From NCBI RefSeq assembly GCF_036263695.1, contig NZ_DATAGM010000424.1, forward strand, positions 1 to 38,964: a stretch of 38,964 nt of DNA, written 5' to 3'. The position numbers and the translations under genes are program-made. The stretch comes from Phenylobacterium sp. GTDB lineage: Bacteria; Pseudomonadota; Alphaproteobacteria; Caulobacterales; Caulobacteraceae. How positions within the stretch are numbered: the first letter of the stretch is position 1; every line of letters begins with the position of its first letter. Shown piece after piece: positions 20,653 to 29,018 of the stretch. The notes under the pieces were generated by a model. That model saw only the letters and a program-made list of their open reading frames with translations. It did no database searches and was not told the DNA's origin.

Positions 20653-20934
20653 TCAGGCGCTCGGGCCCCGGTCAGGAACGATGGCGGCGCGCTCGTCGTC
20701 GCCGGGCGCGGCGACCCGCTCGGGCTCGTCGAGGTCCACCTCGATCACCTTGCCGTCGGCCGCCTCGATGCGGACCTGCGCGGGCTGTCCGGTGTGGATC
20801 AGGTCGTGCGCCAGCCGCACAGCCTCGTGCACCGCTTCGTCGGCGTGACCGTAGGGGCGCACGTCGTCCCCCTCGCGCGTCAGCATCCAGACGCCCTCGC
20901 GGAGGCGGATTTCGATCTGCACCGGGTCGGCCAT
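20653..20934 (-). CDS. Small acidic hypothetical protein (DUF2188-like)
   Basis: Pattern W.L.REG....Y...DEAV.EA..LA........V.I...DG.V resembles DUF2188. Start at ATG 20934. Confidence 0.6.
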   Translation of the reverse strand: MADPVQIEIRLREGVWMLTREGDDVRPYGHADEAVHEAVRLAHDLIHTGQPAQVRIEAADGKVIEVDLDEPERVAAPGDDERAAIVPDRGPSA

Positions 20935-20970
20935 GGCAAGCTCGCTTAGGTTAGGGAGGGGGCCCTCACC

Positions 20971-20995
20971 AACCCGCAAGCCCTGCCGAGGTTGC
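20971..20995 (-). promoter_or_regulatory. Candidate sigmaT/EcfG promoter for the DUF2188-like gene
   Basis: Minus strand GCAAC-N16-GGTT, 36 nt upstream of the ATG. Confidence 0.4.
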
Positions 20996-21000
20996 AGCCG

Positions 21001-22227
21001 TCAGGCGGGCTGCTTTTCCGCCAACGCCCGGTCGAGGTTGACCGCGATCTTGTCGAGGAAGCCCTCGGTGGTCAGCCACCCTTGGGTGTCGCCCACCAGC
21101 AGGGCCAGGTCCTTGGTCATCGAGCCGCTTTCGACCGTCGAGACGCAGACCTTCTCCAGGGTTTTGGCGAAGTTGGCCAGCTCCTCGTTGCCGTCGAGCT
21201 TGGCCCGGTGCTCCAGCCCCTGGGTCCAGGCGAAAATCGAGGCGATGGAGTTGGTCGAGGTCGACTCCCCGCGCTGGTGCTGGCGGAAGTGGCGGGTGAC
21301 GGTGCCGTGGGCGGCCTCGGCCTCCATGGTCTTGCCGTCCGGCGTGATCAGCACTGACGTCATCAGGCCGAGCGAGCCGAAGCCCTGCGCCACCGAGTCC
21401 GACTGCACGTCGCCGTCGTAGTTCTTGCAGGCCCAGATGAAGCCGCCGGACCACTTCAGCGAGGCGGCGACCATGTCGTCGATCAGCCGGTGCTCGTAGG
21501 TCAGGCCCTTCTCCTTGAACTGGGCGGCGTATTCGCTCTCGTAGACCTCGGCGAAGATATCCTTGAAGCGGCCGTCGTACGCCTTGAGGATGGTGTTCTT
21601 CGAGGAGAGGTAGAGCGGATAGTCCCGCTGCAGCGCATACCGGAAGCAGGCGTGGGCGAAGTCGCGGATCGAGTCGTCCAGGTTGTACATCGCCATGGCG
21701 ACGCCGCCGCCCTTGTAGTCATAGACGTCGTGCTCGATCTTCTCGCCGTTCTCGCCTTCCCAGCTGATCTTCAGCTTGCCGGGGCCCGGCACGCGGAAGT
21801 CGGTGGCGCGGTACTGGTCGCCGAAGGCGTGGCGGCCGATGATGATCGGCTGGGTCCAGCCGGGCACCAGGCGGGGCACGTTGCGGCAGATGATCGGCTC
21901 CCGGAACACGACACCGCCCAGGATGTTGCGGATCGTCCCGTTCGGGGACTTCCACATCTTCTTCAGGCCGAATTCCTCCACCCGCGCCTCGTCCGGGGTG
22001 ATGGTGGCGCACTTGACGCCCACGCCGTGCCGCTTGATCGCCTCGGCCGCATCGATCGTGACCTGGTCCTCGGTCGCGTCGCGGTGCTCGATGCCCAGGT
22101 CGTAGTAGTCAAGCTGGATGTCCAGATTGGGGAAGATCAGCTTGTCCTTGATCCACTTCCAGATGATGCGGGTCATCTCGTCCCCGTCGATGTCGACGAC
22201 GGGACCTGCGACTTTGATCTTGGCCAT
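21001..22227 (-). CDS. icd: NADP-dependent isocitrate dehydrogenase (type II)
   Basis: Motifs [63 protein letters not shown]. Start MAKIKV at 22227. Confidence 0.98.
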   Translation of the reverse strand: MAKIKVAGPVVDIDGDEMTRIIWKWIKDKLIFPNLDIQLDYYDLGIEHRDATEDQVTIDAAEAIKRHGVGVKCATITPDEARVEEFGLKKMWKSPNGTIRNILGGVVFREPIICRNVPRLVPGWTQPIIIGRHAFGDQYRATDFRVPGPGKLKISWEGENGEKIEHDVYDYKGGGVAMAMYNLDDSIRDFAHACFRYALQRDYPLYLSSKNTILKAYDGRFKDIFAEVYESEYAAQFKEKGLTYEHRLIDDMVAASLKWSGGFIWACKNYDGDVQSDSVAQGFGSLGLMTSVLITPDGKTMEAEAAHGTVTRHFRQHQRGESTSTNSIASIFAWTQGLEHRAKLDGNEELANFAKTLEKVCVSTVESGSMTKDLALLVGDTQGWLTTEGFLDKIAVNLDRALAEKQPA

Positions 22228-22321
22228 AGGCGAGGGGCGCTCCTGGCTTTCGTTTGAGGGGAATTGTCGCCCGCGCGTATAGCGGGCCAAGGCGAGGGGG
22301 GGAAGGGCGCCGGCGCAGCCG

Positions 22322-23326
22322 TCAGCCCGCCTCGTTGATCAACACCCGGGTCACCTGCGCCAGGACCTGCTCGCAGTCCGCCAACTGGGCGCGGCAGCCG
22401 CTCATCAGTATTGCGATCGCATAACGCCGTCCGTTGGGGAGGGTGGCGATTCCCACGTCGTTGACCACGGGGCTGAGGCCCAGGTCAGGCCGCGCGGTGC
22501 CGGTCTTGTGGGCCAGCCTGGAGCCTTCCGGCAGGCCCGCCGCGATGCGGCCGGGGCCGGTGCGGCTCTCGCCCATGATCTGCAGCAGCAGCTGGCTCGA
22601 GGGCTTGGAGAGCAGGTCGCCGGCCGCCAGACGGCTGAGGAAGTCGATCATGCCGTGAGTGGTCGTCGTGTCCCGCGGGTCGGCCAGGAACGCTTCCAGC
22701 GCCGCCCGGCGCTGCGGCTCGGGAACGGCGGCGATAGGGGCCGCGTCCTTCCAGGCGGGGCGGAAGGAAGCCAGCCCCGCGATCTCCATCTGGATCTCCC
22801 GTTCGTAGCGGTCGACGCGGATGCCGCGAATCCGCTTGCCGCTCAGCCAGGCGGTGACCGCGCCGGGGCCGCCGATCCGCTTCATCAGCACGTCGGCGGC
22901 GGTGTTGTCGGAATCGCGCACCGCCCGCACCAGCAGCTCGCGCACCGTGTAGCTGTAGGCGGCCGGCCAGGCGCTGGAGATGGCGCTGAGCTGGGGGGAG
23001 AGGTCCCCTTCGCCGATGACCAGGGTCTCGTCCAGCGACAGCCGCCCGGCGTCCACCTCCGACAGCACCGCGGCCCCCAGCGGCGCCTTGAAGACGCTCT
23101 GCATCGGCATGGGCGTGTCGCCGTAGTGGCTCCAGACCTCGGCGTTCTCCAGGTCCATGAAGGCAACCGTCAGGCGCGCGGGCGCCGCCCGCGCCGCGAT
23201 GGCGGTGATCTCCCGGTTCATCGCCAGCATGTCGAACCGGGGATCGAGCTCGGTGGAGCGTTGGGGGCCGCAGGCGGTCAGCCACAGGGCCGAAACGAGA
23301 CAGGTCAACAGCTGGCGTCGGGTCAC
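22322..23326 (-). CDS. bla: Class A beta-lactamase, probable lipoprotein
   Basis: Lipobox LTAC. S70xxK (MQSVFK), SDN, E166 (DRYE), RDTTT and KTG motifs are all present. Confidence 0.85.
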   Translation of the reverse strand: MTRRQLLTCLVSALWLTACGPQRSTELDPRFDMLAMNREITAIAARAAPARLTVAFMDLENAEVWSHYGDTPMPMQSVFKAPLGAAVLSEVDAGRLSLDETLVIGEGDLSPQLSAISSAWPAAYSYTVRELLVRAVRDSDNTAADVLMKRIGGPGAVTAWLSGKRIRGIRVDRYEREIQMEIAGLASFRPAWKDAAPIAAVPEPQRRAALEAFLADPRDTTTTHGMIDFLSRLAAGDLLSKPSSQLLLQIMGESRTGPGRIAAGLPEGSRLAHKTGTARPDLGLSPVVNDVGIATLPNGRRYAIAILMSGCRAQLADCEQVLAQVTRVLINEAG

Positions 23327-23378
23327 TTCGGCTCACACTCTCTTGCGCGGCCTGGGACCGCAGAGGAAAAGGCGCGCC

Positions 23379-24149
23379 ATGTCCCGCGCGCCCGCCGTGA
23401 TCCTAGACGCCCCGCAGATGGGGGAGAACATCGGCGCAGCCGCGCGGGTGATGGGCAACTTCGGCCTGGAGGACCTGCGGCTGGTCAACCCGCGGGACGG
23501 ATGGCCCCAGGAGCGGGCCTGGGCCGCCGCCTCGGGCGCCCACTGGCCGCTGAACGCGGCGCGGGTGCACGGCTCGGTGGCCGAGGCGATCGGCGACCTG
23601 CAGCTGGTGTTCGCCGCCACGGCGCGGCCGCGGGAGCTCTCCCTGCCGGTGCTGACGCCCCGCCAGGCGGCGGCCGAGCTCGCCAAGGCCGCGGCCTCGG
23701 GCATCTCCACCGGGATGCTGTTCGGCGGCGAGCGGGCGGGGCTCGAGACGGCGGACATCGCGCTCTGCCAGGCGGTGGTGACCATCCCCATCGATCCGAA
23801 GTTCCGCTCGCTGAACCTGGCCCAAGCGGTGGCGATCAACTGCTACGAATGGCGGCTGACCCAGGACGCCGAGGCGCCGCCCGCCTTCCGCCCGGGCGCG
23901 CCGCCCGCCAGCCACGAGGCGCTGATGGGCTTCTACGAGCACCTGGAGCGGGAGCTGGAGGCGGGCGGCTTCTTCCATCCCCCCGAAAAGACCGCCTCCA
24001 TGGTCCAGAACTTGCGGGCGGCGCTCGGCCGCGCCGGCTTCACCGACCAGGAGGTCCGCACCCTGCGCGGCGTCGTGACCGCCCTGGCGCGCGGCCGCGG
24101 CAAGGTTCTGGAGAAGCTCGCCCGGCGCGGGAAAGGAAACGAGGCATGA
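23379..24149 (+). CDS. trmJ: tRNA (C32/U32-2'-O)-methyltransferase TrmJ/LasT family
   Basis: Motifs PQMGENIGAAARVMGNFG, ATARPRE, FGGERAGL, SLNLAQAV, EVRTLRG. Confidence 0.88.
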   Translation: MSRAPAVILDAPQMGENIGAAARVMGNFGLEDLRLVNPRDGWPQERAWAAASGAHWPLNAARVHGSVAEAIGDLQLVFAATARPRELSLPVLTPRQAAAELAKAAASGISTGMLFGGERAGLETADIALCQAVVTIPIDPKFRSLNLAQAVAINCYEWRLTQDAEAPPAFRPGAPPASHEALMGFYEHLERELEAGGFFHPPEKTASMVQNLRAALGRAGFTDQEVRTLRGVVTALARGRGKVLEKLARRGKGNEA

Positions 24150-25267
24150 GCCTGAAGGACATGCTGGACAGCCTGCCGGTCCCCATCGTGCAGGCCCCGA
24201 TGGCCGGCTCGTCGCCGCCGGAGATGGCGCAGGCGGTGCGCGAGGCCGGCGGCCTCGGCTTCCTGGCGCTGGCGATGGTCCCGCCAGACGAGATCGAAGG
24301 GGCGATCGAGGCCTTCCGCGGCCGCTCGGCCGCCCCGTTCGGGGTCAACCTGCAGATGGCCCCGGAGGTCAGCCCCGATCCCGCCGAGGTCGAGACGGCG
24401 ATCGCGCGGCTGAAGCCCTGGTACGAGGCGGTGGGTGTTGAGCCGCCGTCCCCGCCGAACCGCTATTCTCTGGACTTCAAGGCCCAGCTGGCGGCCCTGA
24501 CTCGCGCCGCCCCGCCGGTGGCCTCCTTCACCTTCGGTGTCTTCTCGAAAGCCGAAGTCGCGGCGCTGAAGGACGCCGGAACCTACGTGGTCGGCACCGC
24601 CACCACCGTCGCCGAGGCCCGCGCCTGGGCCGAGGCGGGGGCAGACGGGATCTGGGCGCAGGGTCTGGAGGCGGGCGGCCACCGCGGCACCTTCCTGAAG
24701 CCGGTCGAGGAGAGCCTGGTCGGCACGCTGGCCCTCACCGCCACCATCCGCGCCGCCGTCGACCTGCCGGTGATCGCCGCCGGCGGGATCATGGACGGGC
24801 GCGGCGTCGCCGCCGTGCTGGCGCTGGGCGCCTCGGCCGCCGGCATGGGCTCGGCCTTCCTGATGGCGCAGGAGTCTCTGACAGGCCCGGTCTGGCGCAA
24901 GGCGGTCAGCGAGGCGGGCGACGATCCCACCGCCCTGACCCGCGCCTTCACCGGCCGCCACGCCCGCGGCGTCGAGAACCGCTTCATGCGCGAGATGAAG
25001 GCGGTGGAGGACGAGGTCCCCGCCTATCCGGTGCAGTACCGCCTCAGCCAACCGCTGCGCGCCGCAGCCGAAAAGGCCGGCGACGCCGGCGCCATGCCGC
25101 TGTGGGCCGGGCAGGGGATCGGCCTGGCCCGCACCGGGGCCGCCGGCGACCTAGTCAGGCAGTGGTGGAACGAGGCCCGCCAGGCCGCCGCCGAGCTTTC
25201 GGCCCGCACCCGCGGCGGGCCGGGCGGGGCTGCGTCCATCGAGACCGACCCCGAGGCCGGCTGTTGA
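24146..25267 (+). CDS. Nitronate monooxygenase family flavoprotein
   Basis: ATGA overlap with trmJ. Motifs PIVQAPMAG, QGLEAGGHRG, IAAGGIMDG, LTRAFTGRHARG, LWAGQ. Confidence 0.9.
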   Translation: MSLKDMLDSLPVPIVQAPMAGSSPPEMAQAVREAGGLGFLALAMVPPDEIEGAIEAFRGRSAAPFGVNLQMAPEVSPDPAEVETAIARLKPWYEAVGVEPPSPPNRYSLDFKAQLAALTRAAPPVASFTFGVFSKAEVAALKDAGTYVVGTATTVAEARAWAEAGADGIWAQGLEAGGHRGTFLKPVEESLVGTLALTATIRAAVDLPVIAAGGIMDGRGVAAVLALGASAAGMGSAFLMAQESLTGPVWRKAVSEAGDDPTALTRAFTGRHARGVENRFMREMKAVEDEVPAYPVQYRLSQPLRAAAEKAGDAGAMPLWAGQGIGLARTGAAGDLVRQWWNEARQAAAELSARTRGGPGGAASIETDPEAGC

Positions 25268-25292
25268 CTTAGAGGGCTCCGGCGCCCATAAC
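25264..25292 (+). promoter_or_regulatory. sigma70 promoter of rpsD
   Basis: TTGACT-N17-CATAAC. The -35 overlaps the upstream stop codon and implies a ~120-nt leader. Confidence 0.6.
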
Positions 25293-25418
25293 CCGCCCCT
25301 TCACGTCGCCGGGACCTCCCGAGCGGCGCTGAAACGCATACGGGTGACGCGCGCCCGCCGTTGAAATCGCCTTCCCGCTAAAGGGGAGGCCGGACCGCGT
25401 CGAGTAGAAGAGAAGACC

Positions 25419-26036
25419 ATGACCAAGCGCCATAGCGCCAAGTACAAGCTCGACCGCCGGATGGGCGAAAACATCTGGGGTCGCCCCAAGTCCCCGATCA
25501 ACAAGCGCTCCTACGGTCCCGGCCAGCACGGCCAGCGCCGGAAGTCCAAGGTGTCGGACTTCGGCCTGCAGCTTCGCGCCAAGCAGAAGCTTAAGGGCTA
25601 CTACGGCAACCTGACCGAGAAGCAGTTCAGCCGCATCTATGAGGAAGCCGCCCGCCGCAAGGGCAACACCTCCGAGAACCTCATTGCGCTGCTGGAAAGC
25701 CGGCTGGACGCCATCGTCTACCGCGCCAAGTTCGTGCCGACCCCCTTCGCCGCCCGCCAGTTCGTCAACCACGGCCACGTGCTGGTGAACGGCAAGCGCG
25801 TGAACATCCCCTCCTACCGCTGCAAGCCGGGCGACGTGGTCACCGTGCGCGAGCGCTCGCGCAACATGGCCCTGGTGCTCGAGGCCCTGCAGTCCTCCGA
25901 GCGTGAGCTCCCGGACTACATCGAAGCCGCCGACAAGGGCATGAGCGCCCGGTTCGTCCGCGCCCCGGAGCTGGCCGAAGTGCCCTATCCGGTAAAGATG
26001 GAGCCGAACCTGGTCGTCGAGTTCTACGCCTCCTAA
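25419..26036 (+). CDS. rpsD: 30S ribosomal protein S4
   Basis: Motifs [51 protein letters not shown]. Confidence 0.99.
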   Translation: MTKRHSAKYKLDRRMGENIWGRPKSPINKRSYGPGQHGQRRKSKVSDFGLQLRAKQKLKGYYGNLTEKQFSRIYEEAARRKGNTSENLIALLESRLDAIVYRAKFVPTPFAARQFVNHGHVLVNGKRVNIPSYRCKPGDVVTVRERSRNMALVLEALQSSERELPDYIEAADKGMSARFVRAPELAEVPYPVKMEPNLVVEFYAS

Positions 26037-26062
26037 GGCGGCGGACCCGATCCGATATCGCG

Positions 26063-26090
26063 AAGGCCCGGGAGCGATCCCGGGCCTTTT
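26063..26090 (+). terminator. Intrinsic terminator of rpsD
   Basis: AAGGCCCGGGA-GCGA-TCCCGGGCCTT followed by TT (GNRA loop). Confidence 0.88.
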
Positions 26091-26103
26091 GCTTTGCCGG
26101 CGT

Positions 26104-26964
26104 TCAGGCGGCGGCGCGGGCGATGGTCCGCCGCAGCCAGAGCGAGGCGGGATCGGCGACCTGGGCGGCGGGATAGAGCAGCCACTGCCGGTCGGGATCC
26201 TGCGGGATGTCGAGCGGGACGGAGTTCAGCTTCATCGCTCTGACCATGCGGCTGGGCAGGATCGCCACCAGGCCCGGGCGGGCCAGCAGCTGGGCGGCCA
26301 TGAGGTAGTGGGGCACCGTCACGGCGATGTTGCGCGTCAGGTCGCGCTCGGCGAGCCAGAGGTCCACCATGTCCCGCGGATGGCCGGCAGGCGCGACGGC
26401 GATGTGCTCCAGCTCCAGCACCGGACCCTTGGGCTGCGGACCAGCAAAAGCCAGAACGTCCACGTCGTCGTAGAGCGGCTCCATCCGCATCCGCGGATAG
26501 AAGCCCGCCGCGGTGGTGATCACGAAGTCCACATCGGCGTCGGCCGGCATGCTGGAGAGCCAGGGGCGAAGGTGCAGCCGGCATCCCGGCGCTTCCCGCC
26601 CGAACAGATCCAACAGCTGTGGCAGTAGGTAGGTGGCCACAACGTCGGGGATGATGCCCCGGAACGTGCGCTGCGCGGTCGCCGGGTCGAAGGCCTGGGG
26701 AGCAAGCAGCTCGGCCGCCGAAGCCAGGAGCTCGGCCAGCGGCGCTTTGAGGGCCTCGGCCCGCGGCGTGAGCTCCATTCGCAGGCCGACGCGGACCAGC
26801 AGGGGATCGCTGAAGGTCTCGCGCAGCCGGCCGAGGATGCGGCTCATCGCCGGCTGCGACAGGCTGAGCCGCTCCGCCGCCGCGCCGACGCTGGCGGTCT
26901 GCAGCAATGCGTTCAGCGGCGCCAGCAGCTCCAGCCGGCCGCGCAGTCTATCCAAGTCGTGCAT
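26104..26964 (-). CDS. LysR family transcriptional regulator (NodD/LeuO-like)
   Basis: HTH SVGAAAERLSLSQPAMSRILGRLR..FSDPLLVR, plus FDP......F, EAPG and VTVPH. Confidence 0.9.
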   Translation of the reverse strand: MHDLDRLRGRLELLAPLNALLQTASVGAAAERLSLSQPAMSRILGRLRETFSDPLLVRVGLRMELTPRAEALKAPLAELLASAAELLAPQAFDPATAQRTFRGIIPDVVATYLLPQLLDLFGREAPGCRLHLRPWLSSMPADADVDFVITTAAGFYPRMRMEPLYDDVDVLAFAGPQPKGPVLELEHIAVAPAGHPRDMVDLWLAERDLTRNIAVTVPHYLMAAQLLARPGLVAILPSRMVRAMKLNSVPLDIPQDPDRQWLLYPAAQVADPASLWLRRTIARAAA

Positions 26965-27034
26965 GTGAGCGTTCCACCGCATGCATTGGAGTTATGTTCT
27001 GCTGCATGTCACACCGGGCGCGAAGGAGAAACCC

Positions 27035-27490
27035 ATGAGCGCTGAAACAAACAAGCAAACCATCGAAGCAATCTACGCCGCGCTCGAGCGAGGCGACCGC
27101 AGCGTCTTCGGAGCCAGCGTCCACCCCAACTACGTCTGGCGCTTCCCTGGCCACTGCAGTTGGTCGCGCACGTTCGAAGGGCAGGTGGCGATCCATCGCG
27201 ATCTATTGGGGCCGCTGTTCTCACTATTCGCGACCCAATACACCGCTCGCGCCGTAAACCTGATCGGGGAGGGTGATTTCGTTGTCGCCGAGGTGCGGGG
27301 CGACGTGGTGACCAAGAAGGGCGAGCGCTACGACAATCACTACTGCTTCGTCTTCCGCTTCCGCGATGGGAAGATCGCCGAGGCCGTCGAATATTGCGAC
27401 ACCGATCTCGTGGAGCGGGTGCTCGGCGACTACGATGAGGTCCTGAACGCCTATCGGGCCAGACTCTCACTTGACTCCTCTCAAGAATGA
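27035..27490 (+). CDS. SnoaL-like / NTF2 family protein
   Basis: AAGGAG RBS. Motifs IGEGDFVVAE, G.RYDNHYCFVFRFRDGKI...EYCDT. Divergent from LysR. Confidence 0.85.
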   Translation: MSAETNKQTIEAIYAALERGDRSVFGASVHPNYVWRFPGHCSWSRTFEGQVAIHRDLLGPLFSLFATQYTARAVNLIGEGDFVVAEVRGDVVTKKGERYDNHYCFVFRFRDGKIAEAVEYCDTDLVERVLGDYDEVLNAYRARLSLDSSQE

Positions 27491-27500
27491 GACGAACTCT
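27471..27500 (+). promoter_or_regulatory. Promoter with palindromic operator upstream of the XRE regulator
   Basis: TTGACT (27471-76) is followed by the palindrome TCTCA-agaa-TGAGA (27479-92) in the spacer. The ATG at 27506 has no SD. Confidence 0.55.
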
Positions 27501-27505
27501 CCCAT

Positions 27506-28066
27506 ATGGTCGATATGAGTGTGGTCGAGAATCGGCTGGCGCAGCGTCTGGCCGAGCTGCGGAAGCAGCGGGGCTGGTCGTTGGACGAACTGGCGAGGGT
27601 GAGCGGCGTCAGCCGGCCGACCCTGTCGCGGCTGGAGCGGGGGGAGGTGAGCCCGACGGCCCAGGTGCTGGTCCGGCTCGCCGCCGCCTTCGGCATCACG
27701 ATGTCGCGCCTGCTGGCGGAGGTGGAGGGCCAGGGCGCAGCCCTCGTGCGCGCCGCCCACCAGCCGGTCTGGACGGACCCGGAGACCGGCTTTCGCCGGC
27801 GGGGCGTCTCGCCGCCGGCTCCGGGCCTCGCAGCCGAGATGATCGACGGCGAACTGCCGGCGCGGGCGGAGATCCGTTACCCGGCCAGCCCGCGGCCGGG
27901 GCTCGAACACCACCTCTACCTGCTGGCGGGCGGCCTCGAGATGGAGGTGGAGGGCCAGGTCCACAGGCTGGCGGCTGGCGATGCGCTCCGCTGGCGGCTC
28001 TACGGGGCCAGCCGGTTCCTGAGCCTGGGGCCCGCCCCGGCGCGATACGTCCTGGCGTTGGTCTGA
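27506..28066 (+). CDS. XRE-family HTH regulator with C-terminal cupin
   Basis: LR..RGWSLDELARVSGVSRPTLSRLERGEVSPT HTH and cupin-like G.LEMEV.G....L.AGD. Alternative start at 27515. Confidence 0.9.
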   Translation: MVDMSVVENRLAQRLAELRKQRGWSLDELARVSGVSRPTLSRLERGEVSPTAQVLVRLAAAFGITMSRLLAEVEGQGAALVRAAHQPVWTDPETGFRRRGVSPPAPGLAAEMIDGELPARAEIRYPASPRPGLEHHLYLLAGGLEMEVEGQVHRLAAGDALRWRLYGASRFLSLGPAPARYVLALV

Positions 28067-28077
28067 TCGGGAAGGGG

Positions 28078-28602
28078 ATGGGTGTGCGCATCGAGGAACT
28101 CACAGGCCCCGAGGCAAGGGCGGTGGTCGAGCCGCTGGCCGAACTGCTGCACGCCTGCGTCCACGACGGCGCCAGTATCGGCTACATCCTGCCGTTCGAG
28201 CCGCCCGTGGCGTGCGCCTTCTGGGAGGGTGTCGCCGATGAGGTGGCGCGGGGCCTGACCCGGATGTTCGTGGCCCGCGAGGCCGGCGAAGTGGTCGGCG
28301 TCGTGCTGTTGCAGCTGGCGATGAAGCAGAACCAGCAGCACCGCGCGACGGTGGCAAAGCTGCTGGTCCATCCGAACGCGCGGCGGCGCGGAACCGGCCG
28401 GGCGCTCATGGTCACGGTCGAGGCCGCGGCGCGCCAGGCCGGACGGGTGCTGCTGATCCTCGACACCCGCACGGGCGATCCTTCCGAGGCGCTCTACCGC
28501 TCGGTCGGCTTCAGCCTCGCCGGGGTCATGCCCGCCTACGCGCGCCATCCCATCGACCCGGTGCTGGAGGACTGCAGCCTGATGTACAAGCACATCGCCT
28601 GA
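28078..28602 (+). CDS. GNAT N-acetyltransferase (Ttr-like)
   Basis: Motifs CVHDGASIGY..P, NQQHRATVAKLLVHP.ARRRG.G, LILDT, LYRSVGF. Confidence 0.88.
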   Translation: MGVRIEELTGPEARAVVEPLAELLHACVHDGASIGYILPFEPPVACAFWEGVADEVARGLTRMFVAREAGEVVGVVLLQLAMKQNQQHRATVAKLLVHPNARRRGTGRALMVTVEAAARQAGRVLLILDTRTGDPSEALYRSVGFSLAGVMPAYARHPIDPVLEDCSLMYKHIA

Positions 28603-28641
28603 GGGCTTCCAGGCCCGCCGCAGCTGTGGCCAAGTCGGCGG

Positions 28642-29016
28642 ATGAACCGCAGATTCCTCCTCGTCGCCGGCTTCGTGCTGCTCTCCGGCTGCGCGACGCC
28701 CGGGCCGCGCATCGTCGCGCCGGCCGGCGCCCCCTTCGCCGAGCTGGAGCCGCTTTTCGGCGCGCGGGCGGGGGGCGAGGCGCTGACCATCACCGTCGTC
28801 TCGAACGGCTGCACCAAGAAGGAGGACTTCGCCTTCTTCCTGGAGCGCCACGAGGGCTCCGTGCGGCTCGCCTTCGGGCGCAGGCGGATCGACGCCTGCA
28901 AGGCCGCGCCGACCCGCGTGGACCTGACCTTCACCTTCGCCGAGCTTGGCGTCGGCGCCCGCTCGCCGGTGTTCCTGCTCAACCCGCTGGAGCCGTGGAT
29001 CGGAGTGGGAGGCTAG
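28642..29016 (+). CDS. Hypothetical lipoprotein
   Basis: MNRRFLL...LSGC lipobox, plus two further Cys (SNGCT, DACKA). Confidence 0.7.
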   Translation: MNRRFLLVAGFVLLSGCATPGPRIVAPAGAPFAELEPLFGARAGGEALTITVVSNGCTKKEDFAFFLERHEGSVRLAFGRRRIDACKAAPTRVDLTFTFAELGVGARSPVFLLNPLEPWIGVGG

Positions 29017-29018
29017 CG

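Noticed and set aside
22508-25267. Apparent 919-aa fusion protein
   Set aside because: Only the part from ATG 24146 is the nitronate monooxygenase. The upstream portion overlaps bla and trmJ and is Arg/Gly/Pro-rich noise.
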